This document shows positions 33,780 to 47,073 of a stretch of DNA of 64,000 nucleotides, one piece after another (position 1 is the first letter of the stretch; every line of letters starts with the position of its first letter). The stretch covers positions 207,762,001 to 207,826,000 of the forward strand of contig NC_042997.1 of the NCBI RefSeq assembly GCF_006345805.1. Reading direction: 5' to 3'. The position numbers and the translations under genes were made by a program. Under the pieces are notes generated by a model, which worked only from the letters and a program-made list of their open reading frames with translations, had not been told where the DNA came from and did not search any database. The stretch is from Octopus sinensis (Eukaryota).

Positions 33780-36700
33780 ACCTCTTCTTCCTCTTTTTTA
33801 GCTATAATGAATCTAGCAAAAGAACTGGAAAAAAACATCCGAGCTATCACCCACCACCATCCACCACTATTACCCCACTACACATGCCATTAAAAAGCAA
33901 TCAAATAAACAAATCACCAAAACAATTAAAACCATCCACTCTCGCCTCAACATTTCTGCTTAATGCCCAAGGCATCAGCCCTTCCACCAATACACAAAAA
34001 TGGAAGATAAGATTCCTGGAGGACTGGGTCGAGGCCCATCCAAACCACATCCCTTTCTTTGTCCTCACTGAAACCCATCTTAGTGACCTCCACTTGGAAG
34101 CCGAGGTGAAAGTTAAAAATTTCAAAACCATTCGTGCTGATCGTGCTGGCAGAAGAAAGGGTGGGACTGCCATTTATGTCCATGATTCATTCTCAACAGA
34201 AGCCATGAACATATTTTCCAATGGATACTGCGAAGCAGTCACTGTATTCAGTCAAACCAACAACTTAACAGTAGTTGGGCTCTACAGACCACCCCAAATG
34301 CCCCTACCATGCTTCAAGGAATGCCTCAACAGCATAAAGTGTTTCATTCAGCAGTGTCAACCTGACAACATTTTAATGATGGGAGACTTCAACCTTCCCG
34401 GGGTTGACTGGTCTACAAACAGTCTGCCGCCAGGTTCTTCTCTCTCAACCCCTGACAGGGAGGCAGTGGAATCGCTTCTTGACTTCATGGATGACTTCTT
34501 CTTGTCCCAACTGGTACTCGAACCAACGAGATGTCACAAAAACGTCTTAGACTTAATTTTCAGCAATCACACTGATACTATCCACAATATTGCAGTGGAG
34601 AAAACCCTACTCTCCGACCATGACATGGTTCTCTGTGATCTGAGATTTCACTGGCCAAAATGCAAAACAAATGTCATCCCTCCTGTTCATCCATTCGACA
34701 CTATGGATTTCCACAATGCAAACTGGGAAGCGATCAATAATGATCTTGCACAAGTCGATTGGTCCTTCACGCACACATACACACCCACTAACATCAAAAA
34801 GTCCTGGCAGTGACTTGTAGACACCATCACGAACATATGTGCAAGACACACCCCATTAAGATCTGCAAACAAATCTAAGTGTCGAATCCCTAGAAATAGA
34901 AAATCTCTCATAAGGAAAATTAAAAGAATCAACAAAAAGATCAACATGCTGAAATACTGTCAACAGCAACACACCAACCTGACTGCCATCTCGTCGCTAG
35001 AGATTAAAAAACATAAGCTCCAAAACAACATGATGTCTATCATCAATAGTCAGCGAAGAGCTGAAGAGGCCTGGGCCATAGAGAAGATCAAACTCAATCC
35101 CAAAGTGTTCTTTTCATTTGCAAACAAACACAGAGTCACTGGTTCTACTGTTGGCCCTCTGATTGATGAAAATGGTACTCTTCAAGACAATGCCAAAACC
35201 ATGGGAGAGATATTGCAGAAACAATATTGCTCTGTTTTCAGCAATCCTGATATGACTGATCTGGGCTGTATCAGTGATGTTACTCCCCAATACACTTTAT
35301 CGGACATAACATTTGGCGCTCCTGATGTCTTAGCAGCAATAAAGGAAATGAAGCATAATTCAGCAGTAGGTCCCGATAGGTTCCCTGCTTGTGTCTTGAA
35401 GATGTGTCAAAACCAACTTGCACCCCCTCTAGACAATCTGTGGCGGAACTCACTGGATGCTGGATATATACCAGAAGACCTTCTATCCCAGTCTGTTGTC
35501 CCAGTTTTCAAAAAAGGAAACAAATCGCTTGCCGTGAATTTCCGTCCAATCTCACTCACCTCTCATATCATCAAGGTATTTGAGAGGGTGCTGAGATCGC
35601 GTATGACTCACTTCCTTGAGAGTCATAATATGCTGAACCCCAACCAGCATGGATTCCGTAATGGGAGAGATTGCCTGACGCAGCTACTGCATCATTTTGA
35701 TGACATTTTGAGAGCCTTGGGAGAGGGTTCCAACACTGATGTCATCTACCTTGATTTCAGCAAGGCCTTTGACAGGGTTGATCATAAGATCCTTCAGAGA
35801 AAGCTGTCCAATATTGTTGTCACTGGAAAGCTGCTGCAGTGGATCAAGTGCTTCCTGTCTAACAGAACCCAACATGTTGTAGTCGAAGGAGTCAAATCCA
35901 GCCCAGCCAAAGTCAGCAGTGGTGTCCCACAAGGCACTGTGTTGGGCCCACTTCTCTTCATCATCTACATAAATGATATTACTGACACCATCAAACACAG
36001 TAACATCAGAACCTTCGCTGATGATTCCAAGCTCCAGAAGGTCATCAATGGCGTGGATGACCGAATAAACCTTCAGTCAGACCTACTGGCTGTTGTCCAA
36101 TGGGCGGAAAAGAATAACATGTTGCTAAATGAAGACAAATTTGAACTGATCCACTTTGGAAGGGAGGACGCTCTGAAACTCCCATACTCTCTTCCTTCTG
36201 GAGAAATTCTCATGGCATCCAACAACATCAGAGACCTGGGAGTAACAGTGGACAACAACATAAGCTGGGCTACACATATAAGCAGCAAAGTTGACATGGC
36301 CCGCAGAATGTGTTCCTGGATTCTCAGAACCTTCCAGTCGAGAGATTCCCATGCTATTATCCTTCTCTTCTCCACTTTTGCTCGACCCCACCTTGAATAC
36401 TGCTGTCCACTGTGGTCTCCCTACACAAAACAAAATATTATGAGAATTGAAGGTCAATCACAAAAAAGATAGATGGCATGTCAGACCTTGACTACTGGGG
36501 TAGACTAGAGAAGCTGAAATTGTATTCACTCCAACGACGCCGTGAACGCTACATTATCTGTATGATGTGGAAAATATTCCATCAGCACTGTCCGAATGAT
36601 GTTGGCATCACCTTCAAAATGCATCCAAGGCTTGGACCACGTGCCATCCGTCCACAACAAAAATCTAAATCGCATCACATAACGACAATACGGCACAACT

Positions 36701-36975
36701 ATTTCACCTCAATTGGACCTGCTCTCTTCAACATTACACCAGGACACGTCAAAAAAGAAACTGACCACACAAAATTCAAGAAGTCTTTGGACAAATTCCT
36801 TCAAACAGTACCGGACAAACCACCCACACCCGGATATGTCTCCGCAAACAATAACTCTCTGCTCGAATGGGCCTTGGTGCCCAAATCCTGAACTGAAAGA
36901 CTTCGCCAGGTGGTGCTATTAAGTTAGACAGGGCCTGGGCCAATACTGGCCAAAACCTTTGTAAGTTATTCTAAG
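33780..36975 (+). mobile_element. CR1-group (L2/Crack-like) LINE, ORF2 nearly complete
   Basis: APE (LTETHL, GLYRPP, MGDFNLP, LSDH), RT (YLDFSKAFD, PQGTVLGP, FADD) and C-terminal PDKPPTPGY...NNSL. One stop (34811-34813) and one frameshift (about 36460). Confidence 0.92.
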
Positions 36976-37027
36976 TTATATATATATATGTATGTATGTA
37001 TGTATGTATATATATATATATATATAC

Positions 37028-40000
37028 GTTGCAGCTTGGTCCTAGCTGACACCTAAGAGACTGTGTTGCTCCTTGGTTCTTGCTGACACCTAAGAGACGG
37101 TGTTGTTCCTTGATCATAGCTGACACCTAAGAAACGGTGTTGCTCTTTGGTCATAGCTGACACCTAAGAGACGATGTTGTTCCTTGATCATAGCTGACAC
37201 CTAAGAAACGGTGTTGCTCCTTGGTCATAGCTGACACCTAACAGACGGTGTTGTTTCTTGGTCCTAGCTGACACCTAAGAAACGGTGTTGCTCCTTGGTC
37301 CTAGCAGACACCTAAGAGACGGTGTTGCTCCTTGGTCATAGCTTACACCTAAGAGACGGTGTTGCTCCTTGGTCATAGCTGACACCTAAGAGACGGTGTT
37401 ACTCCTTGGTCATAGCTGACACCTAAGAGACGGTGTTGTTCCTTGGTCCTAGCAGACACCTAAGAGACGGTGTTGCTCCTTGGTCATAGCTGACACATAA
37501 GAGACGGTGTTGCTCTTTGGTCATAGCTGACACCTAAGAGACGGTGTTGCTCCTTGGTCATAGCTGACACCTAAGAGACGGTTTTGCTTCTTGGTCATAG
37601 CTGACACCTAAGAGACGGTGTTGCTCCTTGGTCATAGCTGACACCTAAGAGACGGTTTTGCTTCTTGGTCATAGCTGACACCTAAGAGACGGTGTTGCTC
37701 CTTGGTCCTATCTGACACCTAAGAGACGGTGTTGCTCCTTGGTCATAGCTGACACCTAAGAGACGGTGTTGCTTCTTGGTCATAGCTGACACCTAAGAGA
37801 CGGTGTTGCTCCTTGGTCCTATCTGACACCTAAGAGACGGTGTTGCTCCTTGGTCCTAGTTGACACCTAAGAGACGGTGTTGTTCCTTGGTCCTAGCTAA
37901 CACCTAAGAGACGGTGTTGTTCCTTGGTCATAGCTGACACATAATAGACGGTGTTGCTCCTTGGTCCTAGCTGACACCTAAGAGACGGTGTTGCTCCTTG
38001 GTCATAGCTGACACCTAAGAGATGGTGTTGCTCCTTGGTCATAGCTGACACCTAAGAGATGGTGTTGCTCCTTGGTCATAGCTGACACCTAAGAGACGGT
38101 TTTGCTTCTTGGTCATAGCTGACACCTAAGAGACGGTGTTGCTCCTTGGTCATAGCTGACACCTAAGAGACGGTTTTGCTTCTTGGTCATAGCTGACACC
38201 TAAGAGACGGTGTTGCTCCTTGGTCCTATCTGACACCTAAGAGACGGTGTTGCTCCTTGGTCATAGCTGACACCTAAGAGACGGTGTTGCTTCTTGGTCA
38301 TAGCTGACACCTAAGAGACGGTGTTGCTCCTTGGTCCTATCTGACACCTAAGAGACGGTGTTGCTCCTTGGTCCTAGTTGACACCTAAGAGACGGTGTTG
38401 TTCCTTGGTCCTAGCTAACACCTAAGAGACGGTGTTGTTCCTTGGTCATAGCTGACACATAATAGACGGTGTTGCTCCTTGGTCCTAGCTGACACCTAAG
38501 AGACGGTGTTGCTCCTTGGTCATAGCTGACACCTAAGAGATGGTGTTGCTCCTTGGTCATAGCTGACACCTAAGAGATGGTGTTGCTCCTTGGTCATAGT
38601 TGACACCTAAGAGATGGTGTTGCTCCTTGGTCATAGCTGACACATAAGAGATGGTGTTGCTCCTTGGTCATAGCTGACACCTAAGAGACGGTGTTGTTCC
38701 TTGGTCATAGCTGACACCTAAGAGACGGTGTTGTTCTTTTTCCTAGCTGACACCTAAGAGACGGTGTTGCTCCTTGGTCCTCGCAAACACCTAAGAGACG
38801 GTGTTGTTCCTTGGTCATAGCTGATACCTAAGAGACGGCGTTGTTTCTTGGTCATAGCTGACACCTAAGAGACGGTGTTGTTCCTTGGTCATAGCTGACA
38901 CCTAAGAGATGGTGTTGCTCCTTGGTCCTAGCTGACACATAAGACGGTGTTGCTCCTTGGTCCTAGCTGACACCTAAGAGACGGTGTTGCTTCTTGGTCA
39001 TAGCTGACACCTAAGAGACGGTGTTGCTCCTTGGTCCTATCTGACACCTAAGAGACGGTGTTGCTCCTTGGTCCTAGTTGACACCTAAGAGACGGTGTTG
39101 TTCCTTGGTCCTAGCTAACACCTAAGAAACGGTGTTGTTCCTTGGTCATAGCTGACACATAATAGACGGTGTTGCTCCTTGGTCCTAGCTGACACCTAAG
39201 AGACGGTGTTGCTCCTTGGTCCTAGCTGACACCTAAGAGACGGTGTTGCTCCTTGGTCATAGCTGACACCTAAGAGACGGTGTTGCTCCTTGGTCATAGC
39301 TGACACATAAGAGACGGTGTTGCTCTTTGGTCCTAGCTGACACCTAAGAGACGGTGTTGCTCTTTGGTCATAGCTGACACCTAAGAGACGGTGTTGCTCT
39401 TTGGTCATAGCTGACACCTAAGAGATGGTGTTGCTCCTTGGTCCTAGCTGACTCCTAACAGAAGGTGTTGCTCCTTGGTCCTAGCTGACACCTAAGAGAC
39501 GGTGTTTCCTTTTTGGTCATAGCTGACACCTAAGAGATGGTGTTTCCTTTTTGGTCATAGCTGACACCTAAGAGACGGTGTTGCTCCTTGGTCCTAGCTG
39601 ACACCTAAGAGACGGTGTTGCTCCTTGGTCCTAGCTGACACCTAAGAGACGGTGTTGCTCCTTGGTCCTAGCTGACACCTAAGAGACGGTGTTGCTCCTT
39701 GGTCATAGCTGACACCTAAGAGACGGTGTTGCTCCTTGGTCCTAGCTGACACCTAAGAGACGGTGTTGTTCTTGGTCATAGCTGACACATAATAGACACC
39801 TAAGAGACGGTGTTGCTCCTTGGTCATAGCTGACAACAAGAGACGGTGTGTTTCTCCTGGTCATAGCTGACACCTAAGAGATGGTGTTGCTCCTTGGTCA
39901 TAGCTGACACCTAAGAGACGGTGTTGCTCCTTGGTCCTAGCTGACACCTAAGAGACGGTGTTGCTCCTTGGTCCTAGCTGACACCTAAGAGACGGTGTTG

Positions 40001-43000
40001 CTCCTTGGTCATAGCTGACACATAAGAGATGGTGTTGCTCCTTGGTCCTAGCTGACACCTAAGAGACGGTGTTGCTCCTTGGTCATAGCTGACAACAAGA
40101 GATGGTGTTGCTCCTTGGTCATAGCTGACACCTAAGAGATGGTGTTGCTCCTTGGTCATAGCTGACACATAAGAGATGGTGTTGCTCCTTGGTCCTAGCT
40201 GACACCTAAGAGACGGTGTTGCTCCTTGGTCATAGCTGACACCTAAGAGACGGTGTTGCTCCTTGGTCATAGCTGACACCTAAGAGACGGTGTTGCTCCT
40301 TGGTCATAGCTGACACATAATAGACGGTGTTGCTCCTTGGTCATAGCTGACACCTAAGAGACGGTGTTGCTCCTTGGTCATAGCTGACACCTAAGAGACG
40401 GTGTTGCTCCTTGGTCATAGCTGACACCTAAGAGATGGTGTTGCTCCTTGGTCATAGTTGACACCTAAGAGACGGTGTTGCTCCTTGGTCATAGCTGACA
40501 CATAAGAGACGGTGTTGCTCCTTGGTCATAGCTGACACCTAAGAGACGGTGTTGTTCCTTGGTCATAGCTGACACCTAAGAGACGGTGTTGTTCTTTGGT
40601 CCTAGCTGACACCTAAGAGACGGTGTTGCTCCTTGGTCCTCGCAAACACCTAAGAGACGGTGTTGTTCCTTGGTCATAGCTGATACCTAAGAGACGGCGT
40701 TGCTTCTTGGTCATAGCTGACACCTAAGAGACGGTGTTGTTCCTTGGTCATAGCTGAAACATAATAGACGGTGTTGCTCCTTGGTCCTAGCTGACACATA
40801 ATAGACGGTGTTGCTCCTTGATCCTAGCTGACACCTAAGAGACGGTGTTGCTCCTTGGTCATAGCTGACACCTAAGAGACGGTGTTGCTCCTTGGTCCTA
40901 TCTGACACCTAAGAGACGGTGTTGCTCCTTGGTCCTAGTTGACACCTAAGAGACGGTGTTGTTCCTTGGTCCTAGCTAACACCTAAGAAACGGTGTTGTT
41001 CCTTGGTCATAGCTGACACATAATAGACGGTGTTGCTCCTTGGTCCTAGCTGACACCTAAGAGACGGTGTTGCTCCTTGGTCCTAGCTGACACCTAAGAG
41101 ACGGTGTTGCTCCTTGGTCATAGCTGACACCTAAGAGACGGTGTTGCTCCTTGGTCATAGCTGACACATAAGAGACGGTGTTGCTCCTTGGTCCTAGCTG
41201 ACACCTAAGAGACGGTGTTGCTCCTTGGTCATAGCTGACACCTAAGAGACGGTGTTGCTCTTTGGTCATAGCTGACACCTAAGAGATGTGTTGCTCCTTG
41301 GTCCTAGCTGACTCCTAACAGAAGGTGTTGCTCCTTGGTCCTAGCTGACACATAATAGACGGTGTTGCTCCTTGATCCTAGCTGACACCTAAGAGACGGT
41401 GTTGCTCTTGGTCATAGCTGACACCTAAGAGACGGTGTTGCTCCTTGGTCCTATCTGACACCTAAGAGACGGTGTTGCTCCTTGGTCCTAGTTGACACCT
41501 AAGAGACGGTGTTGTTCCTTGGTCCTAGCTAACACCTAAGAGACGGTGTTGTTCCTTGGTCATAGCTGACACATAATAGACGGTGTTGCTCCTTGGTCCT
41601 AGCTGACACCTAAGAGACGGTGTTGCTCCTTGGTCCTAGCTGACACCTAAGAGACGGTGTTGCTCCTTGGTCATAGCTGACACCTAAGAGACGGTGTTGC
41701 TCCTTGGTCATAGCTGACACATAAGAGACGGTGTTGCTCCTTGGTCCTAGCTGACACCTAAGAGACGGTGTTGCTTCTTGGTCATAGCTGACACCTAAGA
41801 GACGGTGTTGCTCTTTGGTCATAGCTGACACCTAAGAGATGGTGTTGCTCCTTGGTCCTAGCTGACTCCTAACAGAAGGTGTTGCTCCTTGGTCCTAGCT
41901 GACACCTAAGAGACGGTGTTTCCATTTTGGTCATAGCTGACACCTAAGAGATGGTGTTTCCTTTTTGGTCATAGCTGACACCTAAGAGTCGGTGTTGTTC
42001 CTTGGTCCTAGCTGACACCTAAGAGACAGTGTTGCTCCTTGGTCCTATCTGACACCTAAGAGACGGTGTTGCTTCTTGGTCCTATCTGACACCTAAGAGA
42101 CGGTGTTGCTCCTTGGTCCTAGTTGACACCTAAGAGACGGTGTTGTTCCTTGGTCCTAGCTAACACCTAAGAGACGGTGTTGTTCCTTGGTCATAGCTGA
42201 CACATAATAGACACCTAAGAGACGGTGTTGCTCCTTGGTCATAGCTGACAACAAGAGATGGTGTTTCTCCTTGGTCATAGCTGACACCTAAGAGATGGTG
42301 TTGCTCCTTGGTCATAGCTGACACCTAAGAGACGGTGTTGCTCCTTGGTCCTAGCTGACACCTAAGAGACGGTGTTGCCCCTTGGTCCTATCTGACACCT
42401 AAGAGACGGTGTTGCTTCTTGGTCATAGCTGACACATAAGAGATGGTGTTGCTCCTTGGTCCTAGTTGACACCTAAGAGACGGTGTTGCTCCTTGGTCAT
42501 AGCTGACAACAAGAGATGGTGTTTCTCCTTGGTCATAGCTGACACCTAAGAGATGGTGTTGCTCCTTGGTCATAGCTGACACATAAGAGATGGTATTGCT
42601 CCTTGGTCCTAGCTGACACCTAAGAGACGGTGTTGCCCCTTGGTCATAGCTGACACATAAGAGACGGTGTTGCTCCTTGGTCATAGCTGACACCTAAGAG
42701 ACTGTGTTGCTCCTTGGTCATAGCTGACACATAATAGACGGTGTTGCTCCTTGGTCCTAGCTGACACCTTAGAGACGGTGTTGCTCCTTGGTCCTAGCTG
42801 ACACCTAAGAGACGGTGTTGCTCCTTGGTCATAGCTGACACCTAAGAGACGGTGTTGCTTCTTGGTCATAGCTGACACATAAGAGACGGTGTTGCTCCTT
42901 GGTCATAGCTGACACATAAGAGACGGTGTTGCTCTTTGGTCCTAGCTGACACCTAAGAGACGGTGTTGCTCCTTGGTCATAGCTGACACATAAGAGATGG

Positions 43001-46000
43001 TATTGCTCCTTGCTCATAGCTGACACCTAGGAAACGGTGTTGCTCCTTGGTCATAGCTGACACCTAAGAGACGGTGTTGTTCCTTGGTCCTCGCAAACAC
43101 CTAAGAGACGGTGTTGTTCCTTGGTCATAGCTGATACCTAAGAGATGGCGTTGTTTCTTGGTCATAGCTGACACCTAAGAGACGGTGTTGTTCCTTGGTC
43201 ATAGCTGACACCTAAGAGATGGTGTTGCTCCTTGGTCCTAGCTGACACCTAAGAGACGGTGTTGCTCCTTGGTCATAGCTGACACATAAGAGATGGTATT
43301 GCTCCTTGCTCATAGCTGACACCTAGGAAACGGTGTTGCTCCTTGGTCATAGCTGACACCTAAGAGACGGTGTTGTTCCTTGGTCCTCGCAAACACCTAA
43401 GAGACGGTGTTGTTCCTTGGTCATAGCTGATACCTAAGAGATGGCGTTGTTTCTTGGTCATAGCTGACACCTAAGAGACGGTGTTGTTCCTTGGTCATAG
43501 CTGACACCTAAGAGATGGTGTTGCTCCTTGGTCCTAGCTGACACATAATAGACGGTGTTGCTCCTTGGTCCTAGCTGACACCTAAGAGACGGTGTTGTTT
43601 CTTGGTCATAGCTGACACCTAAGAGACGGTGTTGCTCTTTGGTCATAGCTGACACCTAAGAGACGGTGTTGCTTCTTGGTCATAGCTGACACCTAAGAGA
43701 CGGTGTTGCTCCTTGGTCCTATCTGACACCTAACAGACGGTGTTGTTCCTTGGTCCTAGCTAACACCTAAGAGACGGTGTTGTTCCTTGGTCATAGCTGA
43801 CACATAATAGACGGTGTTGCTCCTTGGTCCTAGCTGACACCTAAGAGACGGTGTTGCTCCTTGGTCATAGCTGACACCTAAGAGATGGTGTTGCTCCTTG
43901 GTCATAGCTGACACCTAAGAGATGGTGTTGCTCCTTGGTCATAGTTGACACCTAAGAGATGGTGTTGCTCCTTGGTCATAGCTGACACATAAGAGATGGT
44001 GTTGCTCCTTGGTCATAGCTGACACCTAAGAGACGGTGTTGTTCCTTGGTCATAGCTGACACCTAAGAGACGGTGTTGTTCTTTTTCCTAGCTGACACCT
44101 AAGAGACGGTGTTGCTCCTTGGTCCTCGCAAACACCTAAGAGACGGTGTTGTTCCTTGGTCATAGCTGACACCTAAGAGACGGTGTTGCTTTTGGTCATA
44201 GCTGACACCTAAGAGACGGTGTTGTTCCTTGGTCATAGCTGACACCTAAGAGACGGTTTGCTCCTTGGTCCTAGCTGACACCTAAGAGACGGTGTTGCTC
44301 CTTGATCCTAGCTGACACCTAAGAGACGGTGTTGCTCCTTAGTCCTAGTTGACACCTAAGAGACCGTGTTGTTCCTTGGTCCTAGCAACACCTAAGAGAC
44401 GGTGTTGTCCTTGGTCATAGCTGACACATAATAGACACCTAAGAGACGGTGTTGCTCCTTGGTCATAGCTGACAACAAGAGATGGTGTTTCTCCTTGGTC
44501 ATAGCTGACACCTAAGAGATGGTGTTGCTCCTTGGTCATAGCTGACACATAAGAGATGGTATTGCTCCTTGGTCCTAGCTGACACCTAAGAGACGGTGTT
44601 GCTTCTTGGTCATAGCTGACACATAAGAGATGGTGTTGCTCCTTGGTCCTAGTTGACACCTAAGAGACGGTGTTGCTCCTGGTCCTAGCTGACACCTAAG
44701 AGACGGTGTTGATCCTTGGTCATAGCTGACAACAAGAGATGGTGTTTCTCCTTGGTCATAGCTGACACCTAAGAGATGGTGTTGCTCCTTGGTCATAGCT
44801 GACACATAAGAGATGGTATTGCTCCTTGGTCCTAGCTGACACCTAAGAGACGGTGTTGCCCCTTGGTCATAGCTGACACATAAGAGACGGTGTTGCTCCT
44901 TGGTCATAGCTGACACCTAAGAGACGGTGTTGCTCCTTGGTCATAGCTGACACATAAGAGACGGTGTTGCTCCTTGGTCCTAGCTGACACCTAAGAGACG
45001 GTGTTGCTCCTTGGTCCTAGCTGACACCTAAGAGACGGTGTTGCTCCTTGGTCATAGCTGACACCTAAGAGACGGTGTTGCTCCTTGGTCATAGCTGACA
45101 CATAAGAGACGGTGTTGCTCCTTGGTCATAGCTGACACATAAGAGACGGTGTTGCTCTTTGGTCCTAGCTGACACCTAAGAGACGGTGTTGCTCCTTGGT
45201 CATAGCTGACACCTAAGAGACGGTGTTGCTCCTTGCTCATAGCTGACACCTAAGAAACGGTGTTGCTCCTTGGTCATAGCTGACACCTAAGAGACGGTGT
45301 TGTTCCTTGGTCCTAGCTGACACCTAAGAGACGGTGTTGCTCCTTGGTCCTCGCAAACACCTAAGAGACGGTGTTGTTCCTTGGTCATAGCTGATACCTA
45401 AGAGATGGCGTTGTTTCTTGGTCATAGCTGACACCTAAGAGACGGTGTTGTTCCTTGGTCATAGCTGACACCGAAGAGATGGTGTTGCTCCTTGGTCCTA
45501 GCTGACACATAATAGACGGTGTTGCTCCTTGGTCCTAGCTGACACCTAAGAGACGGTGTTGTTCCTTGGTCATAGCTGACACCTAAGAGACGGTGTTGCT
45601 CTTTGGTCATAGCTGACACCTAAGAGACGGTGTTGCTCTTTGGTAATAGCTGACACCTAAGAGATGGTGTTGCTCCTTGGTCCTAGCTGACACATAAGAG
45701 ACTGTGTTGCTCCCTGGTCATAGCTGACTCCTAACAGACGGTGTTGCTCCTTGGTCCTAGCTGACACATAAGAGACTGTGTTGCTCCCTGGTCATAGCTG
45801 ACACATAATAGACGGTGTTGCTCCTTGGTCCTAGCTGACACCTTAGAGACGGTGTTGCTCCTTGGTCCTAGCTGACACCTAAGAGACGGTGTTACTCCTT
45901 GGTCATAGCTGACACCTAAGAGACGGTGTTGCTTCTTGGTCATAGCTGACACATAAGAGACGGTGTTGCTCCTTGGTCATAGCTGACACATAAGAGACGG

Positions 46001-46765
46001 TGTTGCTCTTTGGTCCTAGCTGACACCTAAGAGACGGTGTTGCTCCTTGGTCATAGCTGACACCTAAGAGACGGTGTTGCTCCTTGCTCATAGCTGACAC
46101 CTAAGAAACGGTGTTGCTCCTTGGTCATAGCTGACACCTAAAGACGGTGTTGTTCCTTGGTCCTAGCTGACACCTAAGAGACGGTGTTGCTCCTTGGTCC
46201 TCGCAACACCTAAGAGACGGTGTTGTTCCTTGGTCATAGCTGATACCTAAGAGATGGCGTTGTTTCTTGGTCATAGCTGACACCTAAGAGACGGTGTTGT
46301 TCCTTGGTCATAGCTGACACCGAAGAGATGGTGTTGCTCCTTGGTCCTAGCTGACACATAATAGACGGTGTTGCTCCTTGGTCCTAGCTGACACCTAAGA
46401 GACGGTGTTGTTCTTGGTCATAGCTGACACCTAAGAGACGGTTGTTGCTCTTTGGTCATAGCTGACACCTAAGAGACGGTGTTGCTCTTTGGTAATAGCT
46501 GACACCTAAGAGATGGTGTTGCTCCTTGGTCCTAGCTGACACATAAGAGACTGTGTTGCTCCCTGGTCATAGCTGACTCCTAACAGACGGTGTTGCTCCT
46601 TGGTCCTAGCTGACACATAAGAGACGGTGTTGCTCTTGGTCATAGCTGACACCTAAGAGATGGTGTTTCCTTTTTGGTCATAGCTGACACCTAAGAGTCG
46701 GTGTTGTTCCTTGGTCCTAGCTGACACCTAAGAGACGGTGTTGCTCCTTGGTCATAGCTGACACA
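37028..46765. repeat. 37-bp minisatellite, about 263 copies
   Basis: Consensus GACACCTAAGAGACGGTGTTGCTCCTTGGTC(A/C)TAGCT, uninterrupted over about 9.7 kb with recurrent variant units. Confidence 0.98.
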
Positions 46766-47031
46766 TCAGAGCAAGAGATAGAACATAATTGTTTTATCGG
46801 CTGTGGTCAGTAAACTTTAACAAAGGACTGACATTTCCTTGACCAGTACTGGTCTTAGGGTGTTGACTGTGTCCTCACTAATCATGTTGTGTGGAGGATT
46901 TCTCGTTCGTTTTGACAATAAGCCCGTTGGTTTGGTTTCAAATCTCAGGCAGGGTCAATCTAAATCTCCACATATGTATGTATGTACGTATGTATGTTGT
47001 ATGTGTGTGTGTGTGTGAGTATATATATATA

Positions 47032-47073
<42 letters not shown>

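Noticed and set aside
37048-37084. Idea that the 37-bp unit is a collapsed hammerhead (shares GACAC...GTGTT with the 6787 element)
   Set aside because: Only 5-6-nt matches and no catalytic core, which is indistinguishable from chance.
37028-46765. CRISPR-like array (37-bp palindromic repeat) and the many MSAMTKEQH... ORFs
   Set aside because: Units are contiguous with no unique spacers, there are no cas genes and the context is eukaryotic. 37 is not a multiple of 3, so the ORFs are by-products.
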